From the NCBI GenBank assembly GCA_018680005.1, contig JAHHJQ010000378.1, forward strand, positions 63 through 64,062: a DNA stretch of 64,000 nucleotides, written 5' to 3'. Numbering within the stretch: position 1 is the stretch's first letter; every line of letters starts with the position of its first letter. Positions 1 to 10,874 of this stretch are shown here, one piece after another. The notes under the pieces are model-generated. The model was not told the origin of the DNA. It saw only the letters and a program-made list of their open reading frames with translations, and searched no databases. The position numbers and the translations under genes are program-made. This stretch comes from Bacteroidia bacterium (lineage in GTDB: Bacteria; Bacteroidota; Bacteroidia; Chitinophagales; Saprospiraceae).

Positions 1-287
1 CCAACTTCATTTCCCCAGTGATCCATTACTTGCACAACATAAGCAGATGGTCCATTAGGCTTACACAATGCTGGATTGTCGGGATCCTCCAACATTACAT
101 CGTAGGTGATGATGGCTTTGCAATCGTTGTTTAGTGAGACCTGCACATCATCATTACAGTTCAATTGGCAGTCATAAGAAGAAGATTGTGCAAATGCATT
201 ATTTCCCACTAAAGCAAGAAGGGTTACAGATAGCACTAACTTCGAAACAAAAGAACTGTACGTTTGAAATACGTCGAGTTTCTTCAT
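1..287 (-). CDS. N-terminal part of a secreted Cys-rich protein (likely large T9SS cargo); runs off the window
   Basis: Not in the ORF track. Manual translation from ATG at 287: MKKLDVFQTYSSFVSKLVLSVTLLALVGNNAFAQSSSYDCQLNCNDDVQVSLNNDCKAIITYDVMLEDPDNPALC..., open to position 1, with a signal peptide ending AFA|Q. Confidence 0.8.
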   Translation of the reverse strand, partial: MKKLDVFQTYSSFVSKLVLSVTLLALVGNNAFAQSSSYDCQLNCNDDVQVSLNNDCKAIITYDVMLEDPDNPALCKPNGPSAYVVQVMDHWGNEV

Positions 288-570
288 ACTTGTGTTTTTG
301 ATTTTAGAGAAGTTAAATAATAATTAGACCGTCCCCATTTGGCCTTAGATAACCACAAAGCAATGCCTTGACGTATCTCAAGCCTTGAGACGAATTCATT
401 TGTAGTAAACCTTCTTGTTGTTCGAGACTGAAAATGGATCTAAGGATCCTTACCGATTAATAGTAGCAAGATTATGGAACAATACTGGGACGTATCAAAT
501 AATCTTTGAATAGCTAGTGCTACACAAGGATTTTCATAGGTTAATGATATGTTCCAGGGTTGATCTATAT

Positions 571-578
571 CAAATATA
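571..578 (-). promoter_or_regulatory. Bacteroidota primary-sigma -7 element (TATATTTG) for the gene starting at 287
   Basis: caaatata on + strand = TAtaTTTG on -, matching the TAnnTTTG consensus. Confidence 0.5.
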
Positions 579-780
579 GTGATCACATTGATTTGTAGTT
601 ACGATCATATGTATATTTTTTATTAATTATTACACATAAATATAATTGTAATATATATTCACCTGACATTCTTCAATTTAAAAAATAATGAACCCGGGGT
701 TATATTTTCTTAGCCCTTGGTTTTTCCCAATTTTCACCCTGTCATCCAGCAGAATTCGGATCGAAGCATTACCCTTTTAA

Positions 781-794
781 GGCATGTTATTTGA
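781..794 (+). promoter_or_regulatory. Candidate sigma54 (-24/-12) promoter
   Basis: GGCATG-TTAT-TTGA; GG to GA spacing equals the GG...GC spacing of TGGCACG-N4-TTGC; 25 bp before the 820 start. Confidence 0.45.
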
Positions 795-819
795 ACTGTT
801 ATCCATGTAAGGAAATCTA

Positions 820-3800
820 TTGTTTAGACCAATACGCATAACGTTCATTCCCGTCGTGTTTATCGCGGTGGCCTTTAATCCATGTACTTCACTATATGGG
901 CAAGAGAGTTCATTGTTTGAACATATAAATAAAACTTACGATCAAGGCTATCACCAGTCACTTCGAGATATGCTGAGCCTAGCTGCCTACGGACCCAAAA
1001 CTCCTAATATTCAGGAAAACATAGCCAGGAACATACTTTTTGATCTTCAGGACTCATTATTCAATAATCAAGAAGTCAAGGCATCTCTGACATATTACTA
1101 CAGGCATGCTGAACAAATTCAGTATTACGATCTTTGGCAGTCATTTGTCAGAAATGATCTAGAAATACCCAACAATTCATATGCTATTCTTGATCAGGAG
1201 ATAGAAGAACAGGCGTTTATCCGCAAGGCCAGTCGGGCGTATCATGCAGTAATTAAAGGAAAATACAGCACTGCCGAACAACAAGTTTCCAAAATGGGTC
1301 TCCTGGAAACCATTCGATCTAAGAGAATACTGAACGATATCCTTCAAACTTGCTTAGCATCCAACAAAAAGTCTGCTCAGCTTAGAAAACTATTATTTGC
1401 TCTCGTCCAGAAATTAATTCTTGTCGGAGATCAAAAGAGCTTTCAAACCATCGAATCCATCAGACACAAGCTTACAAGAGGAGAATCTATACTTACCAGA
1501 ATTTGTGTAGCAATAGATCAAAAAAGCAATTCGAATCTTAAAATAATAACAAGGGAACAGATTGGAATATTGAGCAATATTCAATTTACAAATCACAAGA
1601 AGCTACAATGGTATTCTGATCTATACCATATTCACAGACACTACTTCTCACACGAAGTAGACTTTCTGGGTAAAATGCTTTCAGCCGTCCCCAAAAAGCA
1701 TTTTCAATCAGAGGATATGATTACGAATATCCTGCTGGACACGAAAGACCCGAAAGCATTGTATTATATCGCTTCTAAATGGTATGTCTACGCCAAACAA
1801 AATGATCCTCGAGCTGACCATTACATGTCTTTGATAACAGGACTTATAGATCATCATGTTCAAGTCAATAGTAAAGACGGGCTGGCTTATGGCTCAAACA
1901 GACCTATAACCAAATTAACCGGCAAAAAAGCAATGTTGGCCTATTGGCTCAATAATTTTCAACATTATGAATGGAACGCTGATATCAATAGATATATCAA
2001 CAAGAATATTCTCAAAGAAGATCAAAACCAACTTGTACAACTATATAAAAATCTAAATAAGGACAATTACAAATATGCTTTGAAATCTTATAATCGACTA
2101 GTTCACAGTGATCCAATTCTAGTAGCAGAAGTTGATAAAAAATATAGTAAAAAATTACTTAACTATAATTCCAAACTACCCAGCCGTAAGTACAAGTATC
2201 TTATTCAGTTAGCTAAATTAGTATCTTACTGCAAAAGTAATCAGATCAATATTTCAATTAGAGGCCCAGTAAAACAGCTTTTATCCGAACTGTTGACAGC
2301 AAATGATATTGGCGAAATATTGACTCTGGAAAATGCCCTTGTTGAAAAAATGACTATTTCAGATATCACATCGTTTGAAATATGGTCCATAGTAAATTCA
2401 GGAATTGATCATATACCTTTCTCGGCAACACGAATTACTAATCTGGTTTATGAAAAACACTTGAAAGATATCTTAAGCGATGAAGAACAGCTCAAACTTT
2501 ACCTAAAGAAATCAGGTCTATTCAAAAAGTTTGGTGATCATGGATCCAATAAATATTATTTGAACCGGATATTGAATTCAAATTTCATTAATTACAAATT
2601 GGTGGAATCTATAAGAACCACGATTATAGATAGAGATATTCTTGAATCAATTGAATATTTACAACGAGATAAAACCAATAATACTACTAATCAATACATT
2701 ATTCCCGTTGATGATTTTATTAAGCATCCACCAAGAGTAAACAACAGCAATATTCAACTTAAATCAAAATTTACCAAAAGAGATCTGGAAAAAATATTTG
2801 ATCGCTTTAAAGATGAATATAATGCATATCAGAAATACCTCATCCTTCAAATAATTAATAAAGAACAAATCTTTGATGCAATACCATTTCTCATACGTTT
2901 GTTAGATTCTCAAGAAGTTGTTAAAGACAATAATGGAATTGAAATTAATCTGAATGAATTTGTTGAAAGTATCTTAAACATTCTAATTGGAAACCAAAGG
3001 ATTAAAACAGGTTCAAAATTTTTCTCTAAATACGAACTGATATTTAAAAGAATCTTTAGTGATAAGATTGATTTCATCTCGCAGGCTTCTGAGATCGGAA
3101 TTGATGATATTCAAATTATAATAGAATCACCATTCTACAATGCAGAAGCACATCGGAAAATTATTATCAATTCTATCCCAAAGATAACGCCGTTGAGAAA
3201 TATCATGCATGTAAATCTAAAGCCGATGCTTTCAATAGAAGAGGCAGAGAAGATATATACTCAGACCCAATCACTTCGGCTTATTGACTACTTGATTCCA
3301 ATATTGAACGGGCAAGATAAGGACAAATTAATTGAACTTCTGATCCAGATATACAAGAATAAAGATAACAAAGAGAAGGGTATATTTTTTAATCGCCTAT
3401 TTAAGCAAAGATGGTTTTTAGATTGCATTAATGCATCTGAAACTGATGGAGAAATGAAAATAGAAATTCAATGGATACTCACAGAATATCTTGAAGGACA
3501 TCATATTCTTTCCGCTTTTGAAGAGGAGCAGACTATTCTAAATATTATCCAATTAGAATTGTCATCCAAAAATCTAGATGAAAAGATTCAAGCTATTCTT
3601 AAGTCATTTGTTGATGACGATATCAAAATGAAATCACTAGAAAGTTTAGTGACAACATTAAAATATGAAGAGATTCCTGTTCTATTAAATTTCCATGAGG
3701 ATATTCGAAATTTGAACGGTATTGAAGTATTTAGTTTTATCAATAACGACTTTGGCATACCATGGATATCTTACGATGATCTTGTTCAGATGGAACAATT

Positions 3801-4161
3801 GGGCAAAGATATCAATGAACATCGTCCAGAAGAAGTGTATATGAAATATCTCAAATTACTCGGTGTTGATGTTTTTGATCAAGATGGTACTTTGGATATC
3901 ATTAAAGCTATGAATATACTAGAGGATGATTTGGTACGGCCTTTTGTTGGACCCGGAGGTGAGGTGAGAGATATTTATGTCTATGGTGTGATAAAACTAT
4001 TAGAATTTCAATATAAAACCAGATTAGGCTTTCATGAAAAACTAAATGAATCTCAGAGTTTTTATAAATACACTTCCGTCAAAAGGGCACATGCCTGGAT
4101 AGATTATCTGAAGAAATATCAGGAAACAAATGCTTCCTCTTACTTATCTAAGGTCGAATGA
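820..4161 (+). CDS. Large hypothetical exported protein, probably alpha-helical (1113 aa)
   Basis: Long ORF, TTG start, signal-peptide-like N-terminus, no catalytic motif recognised. Confidence 0.75.
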   Translation: MFRPIRITFIPVVFIAVAFNPCTSLYGQESSLFEHINKTYDQGYHQSLRDMLSLAAYGPKTPNIQENIARNILFDLQDSLFNNQEVKASLTYYYRHAEQIQYYDLWQSFVRNDLEIPNNSYAILDQEIEEQAFIRKASRAYHAVIKGKYSTAEQQVSKMGLLETIRSKRILNDILQTCLASNKKSAQLRKLLFALVQKLILVGDQKSFQTIESIRHKLTRGESILTRICVAIDQKSNSNLKIITREQIGILSNIQFTNHKKLQWYSDLYHIHRHYFSHEVDFLGKMLSAVPKKHFQSEDMITNILLDTKDPKALYYIASKWYVYAKQNDPRADHYMSLITGLIDHHVQVNSKDGLAYGSNRPITKLTGKKAMLAYWLNNFQHYEWNADINRYINKNILKEDQNQLVQLYKNLNKDNYKYALKSYNRLVHSDPILVAEVDKKYSKKLLNYNSKLPSRKYKYLIQLAKLVSYCKSNQINISIRGPVKQLLSELLTANDIGEILTLENALVEKMTISDITSFEIWSIVNSGIDHIPFSATRITNLVYEKHLKDILSDEEQLKLYLKKSGLFKKFGDHGSNKYYLNRILNSNFINYKLVESIRTTIIDRDILESIEYLQRDKTNNTTNQYIIPVDDFIKHPPRVNNSNIQLKSKFTKRDLEKIFDRFKDEYNAYQKYLILQIINKEQIFDAIPFLIRLLDSQEVVKDNNGIEINLNEFVESILNILIGNQRIKTGSKFFSKYELIFKRIFSDKIDFISQASEIGIDDIQIIIESPFYNAEAHRKIIINSIPKITPLRNIMHVNLKPMLSIEEAEKIYTQTQSLRLIDYLIPILNGQDKDKLIELLIQIYKNKDNKEKGIFFNRLFKQRWFLDCINASETDGEMKIEIQWILTEYLEGHHILSAFEEEQTILNIIQLELSSKNLDEKIQAILKSFVDDDIKMKSLESLVTTLKYEEIPVLLNFHEDIRNLNGIEVFSFINNDFGIPWISYDDLVQMEQLGKDINEHRPEEVYMKYLKLLGVDVFDQDGTLDIIKAMNILEDDLVRPFVGPGGEVRDIYVYGVIKLLEFQYKTRLGFHEKLNESQSFYKYTSVKRAHAWIDYLKKYQETNASSYLSKVE

Positions 4162-5188
4162 TTATCAACCGTTTTGTGGATATTACGTTGCCAGCTTCAT
4201 CCTCAAGAATATAGAAATAGCTTCCTTTCCGAATTCCTTGAAGGTCAAATAAGAAAGTGCCAGGAGAATAATATTGAATGGTTTTTACAAGTTCGGTTTG
4301 TCCAAGAATATTTTTAACACTTATCCGGTAAGTTCCAATATTCAAATTCTTCAATTCAAATCTTACATCATTGATCACCGGATTAGGAATAGCACGGATG
4401 GAAGGAATGCCTCGAAGTCTTAATTTGCCCAGCGTTTTGGAGCTCGATAACATTGCTAATTGTTGGGCATTCTCATCTTCGTGGATTATGGCCTGAGGGA
4501 ATTTATAATCACCGCTTTTAAAGATGTACTGAATTAAATTCTGACTATAATTCCAGGTATTGTTGGGATCGATATCATTCAATGCTTCCCATTGTAACGG
4601 ATTGATCAATACTTCAATTGCTTGCTCGAAATCAATGGCCCTTTGGTAAATCCTGCAATCTTCTGATTTGGAGGGCATGGCTACTTTACCTATCCCAAGA
4701 TATTGATCTGTGTATGAAATATTATGTATAATTCTAATTGAATCTGGTCGAATCGGTAATTCATCAATTTTTTGCTTTACAATTTCATCACCGCCTAATA
4801 CAATGGAGTACCGGGTGGAATATGTCCCATTTTCGATACTAGAAATGGTCATTGGGTTTTGTAATTCTGCTGTCCGAGTGACATAAGAATTCAAAAGTCG
4901 GCTTATTACAAGTTTGGTGATTGCCCCATTTTGAATTTGGGATTTACCATAGAATGGAATATTAAATTCACCAACACTTGTGCTGACTATATGCACTATT
5001 CGATCAGCGGCAACCTGGGTCAAATCCCATTCCCCTGTTGTTTTTGAATCCTCGATATTCAAATATGAAGGAGATTCATCGATCAGATAATGATAGGAAT
5101 TGTCTAATTCATTAAACTCCGACTGTGCATAGATCAAGATGCAGGATAAATAAAAAAATATAGTTAAAGTTGATCTGACCAATGACAA
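4148..5188 (-). CDS. T9SS type A sorting domain-containing protein
   Basis: Signal peptide (IYA|Q); C-terminal IPNPV...NILGQ...GSYFY...KRLII type A CTD pattern. Confidence 0.85.
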   Translation of the reverse strand: MSLVRSTLTIFFYLSCILIYAQSEFNELDNSYHYLIDESPSYLNIEDSKTTGEWDLTQVAADRIVHIVSTSVGEFNIPFYGKSQIQNGAITKLVISRLLNSYVTRTAELQNPMTISSIENGTYSTRYSIVLGGDEIVKQKIDELPIRPDSIRIIHNISYTDQYLGIGKVAMPSKSEDCRIYQRAIDFEQAIEVLINPLQWEALNDIDPNNTWNYSQNLIQYIFKSGDYKFPQAIIHEDENAQQLAMLSSSKTLGKLRLRGIPSIRAIPNPVINDVRFELKNLNIGTYRISVKNILGQTELVKTIQYYSPGTFLFDLQGIRKGSYFYILEDEAGNVISTKRLIIIRP

Positions 5189-5219
5189 ATTTGATTATAG
5201 TGATCTATGAAGCAATAGA

Positions 5220-7043
5220 TTAGATCTCTTGCAGCTTCACTAAGTTATAGTATTCACCTTGTTTTTGGATAAGTGTATCATGATTTCCTCTTTCCATAAT
5301 TTCTCCACGTTTCATAACTATGATCTCGTCAGCGTATTGTATAGTGGATAATCGATGTGCTATTATTAACGCTGTTCGACCCTTCATTATCCTGTCAATC
5401 GCATCCTGAACCAATTTTTCAGATTCGGAATCTAAAGCCGAAGTGGCTTCATCCAATAACATGATCGGTGGATTCTTCAGTATAGCCCTGGCAATCGTTA
5501 GTCGTTGTCTCTGCCCACCACTCAGCTTCCTTCCCTGATCACCAATATTATAGCTATAATCACCGTCAAGCTGTTCTAGAAACTCGGAAGCATTGGCGTG
5601 TTGAGCGGCATTTTTAATATCATCAAGATCAATATTTGGCTGCCCAAAACGAATGTTCTCTTCTACACTTCCGTTAAAAAGTATGGCTTCCTGAGAAATA
5701 AATCCTATCAGTCTCCTCAAAGATGACTTTTTTATCTTTCGTATATCAATCCCATCTATAAGAATACGCCCCTTTTCAACTTCATAAAATCTATTCAGAA
5801 GATTGGCGAGCGTCGACTTTCCACTTCCTGATTGACCAACAAATGCAATGGTCTTTCCCTTCGGAATTGTAAGATTAAAATCTTTTATAACTTCTTTATC
5901 ACCATATCCAAAGGATACATTTTCAAAGACAATTTCTTTTTCAAATGCTCCAATTTCGACGGCGTCTTCCTGATCTTCCAACGGATTAGGCAGATCCAAT
6001 ATTTCGAAGATCCTGGAAGCAGAAGCATCTCCTCTTTTGATATCATAACTTGCCTTACTCAGATTTTTTGCTGGCGCAATGATTTGATAAAAGAGCGCTA
6101 TATAAGCCAGGAAAGTCTCTGGTTCCAGAGATCCCTTATTCAGGATCAGATTACCACCGTACCACATAATCGCAATAATAATAATACTTCCTAGTGCCTC
6201 AGAAATTGGAGACGCGAGTTCTGTGCGGTACATCATCCGATTACCTTGGGTAAATACCATCTGATTTGCATCCTGAAAGCGACTTTTTGCACTGTTTTCA
6301 GCAACAAATGATTTGATAATACCGATACCATTAATGTGTTCTTCTAAATAGGATACAAGCCTTCCAAGTTCTTTTTTCAGAACCTCAGAGGGCTTTTTTA
6401 GACTATTGCCGATTGATGATATGATAATGCCCATAATAGGAATAAGGACAATCACGAAAAGCGTCAATTGTGGAGACATAATGACCATAAATGTGATCGT
6501 CAAGATGATCATCAATGGATCCTGAGCTAGTTTTTGAATTGATCCTAAAATCGCCCATTGCACCTCAAGAACATCATTGGTTACTCTGGCTAGGATATCT
6601 CCTTTGCGAGTTTCACTAAAAGCTGCAATAGGAAGACTCAATATCTTGTCATGAATGGCTGTGCGCATATCGCGCTCAATACCATTCTTCATATAAACCA
6701 GAAATGCCGAACCGAAATATCTCGTTACATTCTTTAAGATAAATGCTATAGCACCAACAATCAAAACCCATTTGAGCACAGCACTATGCCCATAAGTCTG
6801 AATCCATTGGCTCAAATAAAAATTGAGCTGTGACTCCAGAAAAACGCCTATTTGTGAAATACCCTGGTATGGTATGGTCTCAACCACCTCCTGTGTATTT
6901 TTCAAAATAAACTTTAAGACAGGAATCAGCATCAGGATACTAAACACCGAAAAAATGACCATCAAGATGTTGAAGACCACAGCCATGACGATCTGGAACT
7001 TGTATGGTTTGGCGTAATTTAGGATTCGCCAGAAATTTTGCAT
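5220..7043 (-). CDS. ABC exporter permease/ATPase, MsbA-like
   Basis: N-terminal TM domain; Walker A GQSGSGKST, signature LSGGQRQR, Walker B LLDEATSALD. Confidence 0.9.
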   Translation of the reverse strand: MQNFWRILNYAKPYKFQIVMAVVFNILMVIFSVFSILMLIPVLKFILKNTQEVVETIPYQGISQIGVFLESQLNFYLSQWIQTYGHSAVLKWVLIVGAIAFILKNVTRYFGSAFLVYMKNGIERDMRTAIHDKILSLPIAAFSETRKGDILARVTNDVLEVQWAILGSIQKLAQDPLMIILTITFMVIMSPQLTLFVIVLIPIMGIIISSIGNSLKKPSEVLKKELGRLVSYLEEHINGIGIIKSFVAENSAKSRFQDANQMVFTQGNRMMYRTELASPISEALGSIIIIAIMWYGGNLILNKGSLEPETFLAYIALFYQIIAPAKNLSKASYDIKRGDASASRIFEILDLPNPLEDQEDAVEIGAFEKEIVFENVSFGYGDKEVIKDFNLTIPKGKTIAFVGQSGSGKSTLANLLNRFYEVEKGRILIDGIDIRKIKKSSLRRLIGFISQEAILFNGSVEENIRFGQPNIDLDDIKNAAQHANASEFLEQLDGDYSYNIGDQGRKLSGGQRQRLTIARAILKNPPIMLLDEATSALDSESEKLVQDAIDRIMKGRTALIIAHRLSTIQYADEIIVMKRGEIMERGNHDTLIQKQGEYYNLVKLQEI

Positions 7044-7094
7044 AGCTAAAGGTTATAATTAAGCTATGAAACGTGTAAGTCGATCCAATTCAAT

Positions 7095-8444
7095 TTATTC
7101 TTCAGTTTTTCCAAAGTCTGATTGCTCCAGGAATGCAGTGGTAAATTCACCTTTTCTAAACTGTTCATCTTTCATGAGCCACTGGTGAAATGGAACCGTT
7201 GTCTTTATTCCCTCCGCTATGAATTCGTACAGCGCTCTTTGCATCTTTGTAATACACTCTTCACGAGTTTGGGCTTTGCAAATAAGTTTGGCTATCATAG
7301 AATCATAATATGGTGGTACCGAGTATCCGGCATAGACGTGTGTATCTACTCGAACACCATGCCCTTTGGGGCTATGAAAAGAGGTGATCTTGCCAGGGCT
7401 TGGTCTGAAGTTGTTAAATGGGTCCTCGGCATTGATTCGACACTCAATAGCATGCATAGTTGGAAAAAAGTTCTCTCCGGATATTTTTATTCCTGCAGCA
7501 ACCTTAATCTGCTCTTTGATAAGATCATGATCAATTACTTCCTCAGTGACAGTATGCTCCACTTGAATCCGAGTATTCATTTCCATAAAAAAGAAATTGC
7601 GGTGCTTATCAACTAAGAATTCAACTGTTCCGACGCCTTCGTATTTGATTGCCTCTCCAGCCTTTATAGCTGCTTCCCCCATTTCTTTTCTGAGTTTGTC
7701 CGTCATGAATGGAGAAGGTGACTCTTCAACTAACTTTTGGTGTCTTCTTTGTATGGTGCAGTCTCTTTCAGATAGATGACAGACAGTGCCAAACTGATCG
7801 CCAATGATTTGAAATTCAATATGTCGAGGTTCTTCAACAAATTTCTCAACATAGATTCCGTCATTGCCAAAAGAAGCTTTGGCTTCATTTCTCGCCAGGT
7901 TCCATTGTTCTTCAAACTCATCAGGTTCCCAAACCAAACGCATTCCTTTTCCACCTCCACCGGCAGTCGCCTTTAACATTACTGGATAACCTATCTCCTT
8001 GGCACTCTTGAGACCTGATTTTAAGTCTTTTAATAATCCATCAGATCCGGGAACAACAGGCACACCAGCTTTCTTCATTGTCTCTTTCGCTGTAATCTTG
8101 TCGCCCATCTTCTGAATCATCTTCGAGGTGGGGCCAATGAATTTTATTCCATAAGAGGAGCATACCTCAGCAAACTCAGCATTTTCTGCAAGAAAACCGT
8201 ACCCGGGATGCACAGCATCTGCGTTGGTGATTTCAACAGCAGCCATGATTTTGGGGATGTTGAGATATGACTCGGATGCTGCTGGAGGGCCTATACAAAC
8301 CGCTTCGTCTGCAAATCTTACATGCAGGCTTTCTTTATCGGCAGTACTATAAACAGCAACTGTAGAAATACCCATCTCTTTGCATGTACGAACTATTCGT
8401 AACGCAATTTCCCCTCTATTGGCAATTAATATCTTTTCAAACAT
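7095..8444 (-). CDS. accC: Acetyl-CoA carboxylase biotin carboxylase subunit
   Basis: [36 protein letters not shown] motifs; adjacent to accB. Confidence 0.97.
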   Translation of the reverse strand: MFEKILIANRGEIALRIVRTCKEMGISTVAVYSTADKESLHVRFADEAVCIGPPAASESYLNIPKIMAAVEITNADAVHPGYGFLAENAEFAEVCSSYGIKFIGPTSKMIQKMGDKITAKETMKKAGVPVVPGSDGLLKDLKSGLKSAKEIGYPVMLKATAGGGGKGMRLVWEPDEFEEQWNLARNEAKASFGNDGIYVEKFVEEPRHIEFQIIGDQFGTVCHLSERDCTIQRRHQKLVEESPSPFMTDKLRKEMGEAAIKAGEAIKYEGVGTVEFLVDKHRNFFFMEMNTRIQVEHTVTEEVIDHDLIKEQIKVAAGIKISGENFFPTMHAIECRINAEDPFNNFRPSPGKITSFHSPKGHGVRVDTHVYAGYSVPPYYDSMIAKLICKAQTREECITKMQRALYEFIAEGIKTTVPFHQWLMKDEQFRKGEFTTAFLEQSDFGKTEE

Positions 8445-8496
8445 GAAGTTTCAGAATTCTTAGGTGAGCACACCAGTAGTCCAGCAATAGAATTTT

Positions 8497-9018
8497 CTAT
8501 GAATTGGGTTCCACCAGATACAAAACCTGATCATATTCAACAGGTGATGCATCATCGGCCATAACTTTAACTATGGTACCGGCAACCTCAGATTCTATCT
8601 CGTTGAAAAGTTTCATTGCTTCAACAATACAAACCACTGAACCTACTTCAACAGAATCACCAACTTTAACGTAATTAGGCTTATCAGGAGAAGGAGATCT
8701 ATAGAAGGTCCCTACCATAGGGGATTTAATTTCTAAATAATTCGTCCCTGATTTTTCCGCAGCACCCGGGTCGGATGGTACGGTAGCTTCTGATGTACTT
8801 CTAGCTGCAGCTGGAGCAGTGACAGCTGGTGTTCCTGGAACCGGAGCAGACGGTACAGGTATGATAGAAGGTTGAACGGTGGATACTTTCCGATCTTTAT
8901 ACCTACCGTACTTTTTGGTTCTTATTGAAACCTCAAAGTCACCATTCTTCATTTTGAATTCAGTAAGATTAGATTTTCCGACTAGCTTGATTAGCTCTTG
9001 TACTTCTTTAAATGTCAT
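8497..9018 (-). CDS. accB: Biotin carboxyl carrier protein
   Basis: SPMVGTFYR and EAMKL biotinylation motif; Ala/Pro linker. Confidence 0.97.
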   Translation of the reverse strand: MTFKEVQELIKLVGKSNLTEFKMKNGDFEVSIRTKKYGRYKDRKVSTVQPSIIPVPSAPVPGTPAVTAPAAARSTSEATVPSDPGAAEKSGTNYLEIKSPMVGTFYRSPSPDKPNYVKVGDSVEVGSVVCIVEAMKLFNEIESEVAGTIVKVMADDASPVEYDQVLYLVEPNS

Positions 9019-9024
9019 ATTTTT

Positions 9025-9591
9025 TTATTGTTTGACACGTTCAACATATGAACCGGTACTGGTTTCAATCTTGACAATATCGCCTTCATTGATGAAGAGT
9101 GGGACACGTATTTCAGCTCCTGTTTCGACAGTTGCTGGTTTTTGCGCATTGGTAGCTGTATCACCTTTAACCCCAGGTTCTGTATAAGTAATCTTCAGTT
9201 GCACATATTGAGGCATGTCAACAGTTAATGGTCTTCCTTCTCCTGCATGCATGAGCACCTCAACATCGGATCCTTCTTTCATCAATCCCGGATTATCAAT
9301 AAGTTTAGGATCAATGGTTATCTGTTCATAGGTTTCATTGTCCATGAAGTTATATCCCATATCATCCTTATACAAGAATTGATATTTTTTTCTTTCCACT
9401 CTCACAATATCAATTTTGTGACTGGCGGGAAAAGTATTGTCTATAACTTTACCTGAGGTGAGGCTCTTCAGTTTGGTCCTTACAAATGCAGCCCCTTTCC
9501 CTGGCTTGACATGTTGAAACTGTACCACAGAAAATACATCATTATTGTAGTTGATACACAATCCGTTTCTTATTTCGGAGGTATTAGCCAT
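9025..9591 (-). CDS. efp: Elongation factor P
   Basis: HVKPGKGAAFVRTK loop; PGVKGDTA; VPLFI. Confidence 0.97.
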   Translation of the reverse strand: MANTSEIRNGLCINYNNDVFSVVQFQHVKPGKGAAFVRTKLKSLTSGKVIDNTFPASHKIDIVRVERKKYQFLYKDDMGYNFMDNETYEQITIDPKLIDNPGLMKEGSDVEVLMHAGEGRPLTVDMPQYVQLKITYTEPGVKGDTATNAQKPATVETGAEIRVPLFINEGDIVKIETSTGSYVERVKQ

Positions 9592-9621
9592 ACATTAATT
9601 TACAAGTTTTGAAAAGGATTG

Positions 9622-9629
9622 CAAAACTA
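9622..9629 (-). promoter_or_regulatory. -7 element TAGTTTTG upstream of efp
   Basis: TAnnTTTG match 30 bp upstream of the efp start. Confidence 0.55.
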
Positions 9630-9684
9630 TGAAAAAAAGGAGTCTAGATAAAGGCTAATGACCAAGATGATCTATATATCTCTG

Positions 9685-10677
9685 CTAATATGCCCACTTT
9701 AGATATATTGCACCAAAGGTAAAGCCTCCACCGAAGGCCGTAAGGATCAAATTATCACCTTTTTTGAATGTGTTCTCCCACTCCCAAAGACACAGTGGAA
9801 TGGTTGCAGAGGTGGTATTCCCATATTTTTGAATATTAATGGTCACTTTGTCAATGGGAAAATCAAGACCCTTGGCTACCGAATTGAGGATTCGCAAATT
9901 AGCTTGGTGTGGGACGATCCAATCAATATCGTCTTTTGTAATATTATTTCTCTCCATCACTTCATTTATAGAGTCTATCATCCCGTTAACAGCATATTTA
10001 AAAACTGGTCTTCCGTCTTGAAAGAGAAAATGATCTCCTGCTTTCACATTTTCAATACTTGCCGGATTGAGGGAGCCGCCTGCTTTCTTGTACAAAAATT
10101 TGCCACCTTCGGGATTGCACTTCAGGTTAGAATCGATGATACAATCATCATCATAGGTTGGTTCCAATAGAACCGCACCTCCAGCATCACCAAAAAGAAT
10201 GCAAGTCTTTCTGTCCGTATAATCTGTTATGGCAGACATCATATCTGCTCCAACAACAATAACCTTTTTGTGCAACCCGGTTTGAATGAACTGAGCAGCA
10301 GTAGTCAATGCAAAGATAAATCCCGAACATGCTGCATGCAGATCGAAGCCATATGCTTTACTCAACCCAACTTTGTCACAAATGATATTCGCAGTATCGG
10401 GGAAGGACATGTCCTCAGTAACTGTCGCAACAACTATAAGATCAACTTCAGCCGGATCCGTGTTGGTTTTTTCGAGTAATGCCTTGACTGCGGGTACTGC
10501 AAGATCTGAAGTCGCTTTGCCCTCACCTTTTAAAATTCTCCTTTCCTCAATGCCTGTTCGGCTTCTAATCCATTCATCGTTGGTATCCACCATTGTCTCT
10601 AACTCCGCATTTGTCAGTCGATACTCAGGAACATATCCATGCACACCACTTATTTTCGCATTTACAAGTGTCTTCAT
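9685..10677 (-). CDS. fabH: 3-oxoacyl-ACP synthase III
   Basis: AACSGF catalytic Cys, PHQAN His, YGNTTSA Asn, GGGFT. Confidence 0.96.
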   Translation of the reverse strand: MKTLVNAKISGVHGYVPEYRLTNAELETMVDTNDEWIRSRTGIEERRILKGEGKATSDLAVPAVKALLEKTNTDPAEVDLIVVATVTEDMSFPDTANIICDKVGLSKAYGFDLHAACSGFIFALTTAAQFIQTGLHKKVIVVGADMMSAITDYTDRKTCILFGDAGGAVLLEPTYDDDCIIDSNLKCNPEGGKFLYKKAGGSLNPASIENVKAGDHFLFQDGRPVFKYAVNGMIDSINEVMERNNITKDDIDWIVPHQANLRILNSVAKGLDFPIDKVTINIQKYGNTTSATIPLCLWEWENTFKKGDNLILTAFGGGFTFGAIYLKWAY

Positions 10678-10874
10678 AATCCCTTTTTTAACCTGGTTTT
10701 AATTTCGTTTTGGAAATTGCGAAAGGTATGAAATCATTGATAAGAGTGAAAAATCTAAAAACCTTGAAAAAAATGATTCCTAATTGAACAGAAATCCATA
10801 TTCCACCGTAAACAATCACTAAGCGCCTTGTATTTAGAGGCCACAACCAGAGATTAACATATCCTGCATACTAC

